In this document: positions 63,331-64,000 of the stretch, piece after piece
Layout of the letters: each line of letters opens with the position of its first letter
Position numbering within the stretch: position 1 is the stretch's first letter
Translations under genes and position numbers: made by a program
Assembly (NCBI GenBank): GCA_964270895.1
Contig: OZ185452.1
Source: Podarcis filfolensis
Taxonomy: Eukaryota
Strand: one strand, 5' to 3'
Length of the DNA: 64,000 bases
The notes under the pieces: generated by a model
What the model was told of the DNA's origin: nothing
The model's database searches: none
The model's input: only the letters and a program-made list of their open reading frames with translations

Positions 63331-63649
63331 TGCGCCCCCCTCCACGAGGAACTACCAAGGGGGACTGTTGCTGCATTTATATCTCACCTTTTTCCCCAGG
63401 TACACAAGGGACATGGTTCTCCGTCTCCCCATTTTATCCTCAAAACAACCGTGTGAGGTATGGTAAGATGAGAGGTGGAACGCACAATGAAAGCCAGTAT
63501 GGTACAATGGTTAGAGCGTTGGACAAGGACCTGGGAGACCAGGGTTCAAATCCCCATTCCGTGATGAAGCTCATTTGGTGACCTCAGGCCAGTCACACAC
63601 TCTCAGCCTAAGTTGCCTTGCAGGGTTGTTGTGAGGGTAAAATGGGCTG

Positions 63650-63812
63650 GAATGGACTCCCTCAGGGGGCTGTGGACTCTCCTTCATTGGATGGTTTTAG
63701 GCAGAGGCTGGATGGCCATCTGTCATGGATGCTTTAGCTGAGATGCCTGCATTACAGGGGGTTGGACTAGATGACCCTCAGTGTCCCTTCCAACTCTACA
63801 ACTCTACTATTC
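63650..63812 (+). mobile_element. CR1-type 3' end fragment
   Basis: gtggactctccttcattggatggttttaggcagaggctggatggccatctg...ttggactagatgacc...ccttccaactctaca. Confidence 0.7.
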
Positions 63813-64000
63813 TAGGAGGGGAACTATGTTCACCACCTTGAGCTCCTGGGAGGAAAGGTAGGGTATAAATGTGATAAATAATAAGTATTTATTCAAGGTG
63901 TCGAAAGCCTCGTTCATTGCTTTATAATTATGTATGATATGTATGATATACAAATACATTTTTATATGAAGCAGGCTATTGTGGTTGATCATCGTCATAG

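Overview
This is vertebrate genomic DNA from a squamate reptile, most likely a lacertid lizard (inferred from Podarcis-type Sauria SINEs plus Bov-B, Squam3-like SINEs and CR1/L2/L1 fragments). It holds the 5' part of TBX5 on the minus strand. Coding exons 2, 3 and 4 are at 11473-11619, 6911-7005 and 509-628; they have canonical GT-AG boundaries, splice in frame and give MADAEEGFG...FADNKW, and the rest of the gene lies left of the window. A probable non-coding first exon and core promoter lies at about 19923-20280. The remaining ~44 kb is upstream intergenic DNA, on the side that faces TBX3 in other amniotes. A CpG-retaining, TE-poor domain spans about 5-38.7 kb, with a second one at about 54-58.5 kb; TE-dense blocks occupy 39-54 kb and 58.5-64 kb. 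No other protein-coding gene, tRNA/rRNA gene or CRISPR array is supported, and the long ORFs in the track are TE- or microsatellite-derived. I did not find a convincing new multi-gene system. The most unusual observations are: (i) four clustered copies of a hairpin-rich ~630-bp TG...CA solo-LTR-like element whose stems show compensatory substitutions, one copy flanked by ~85-bp direct repeats; (ii) a ~1-kb polyadenylated, apparently non-coding retroposed element with a highly structured 5' end; (iii) a single strong-context 6-codon uORF in the TBX5 leader; (iv) an Nppa-like T-box/NKX2-5/GATA composite in intron 2. All alignments were done by eye, and comparisons with other species are from memory, not database searches.
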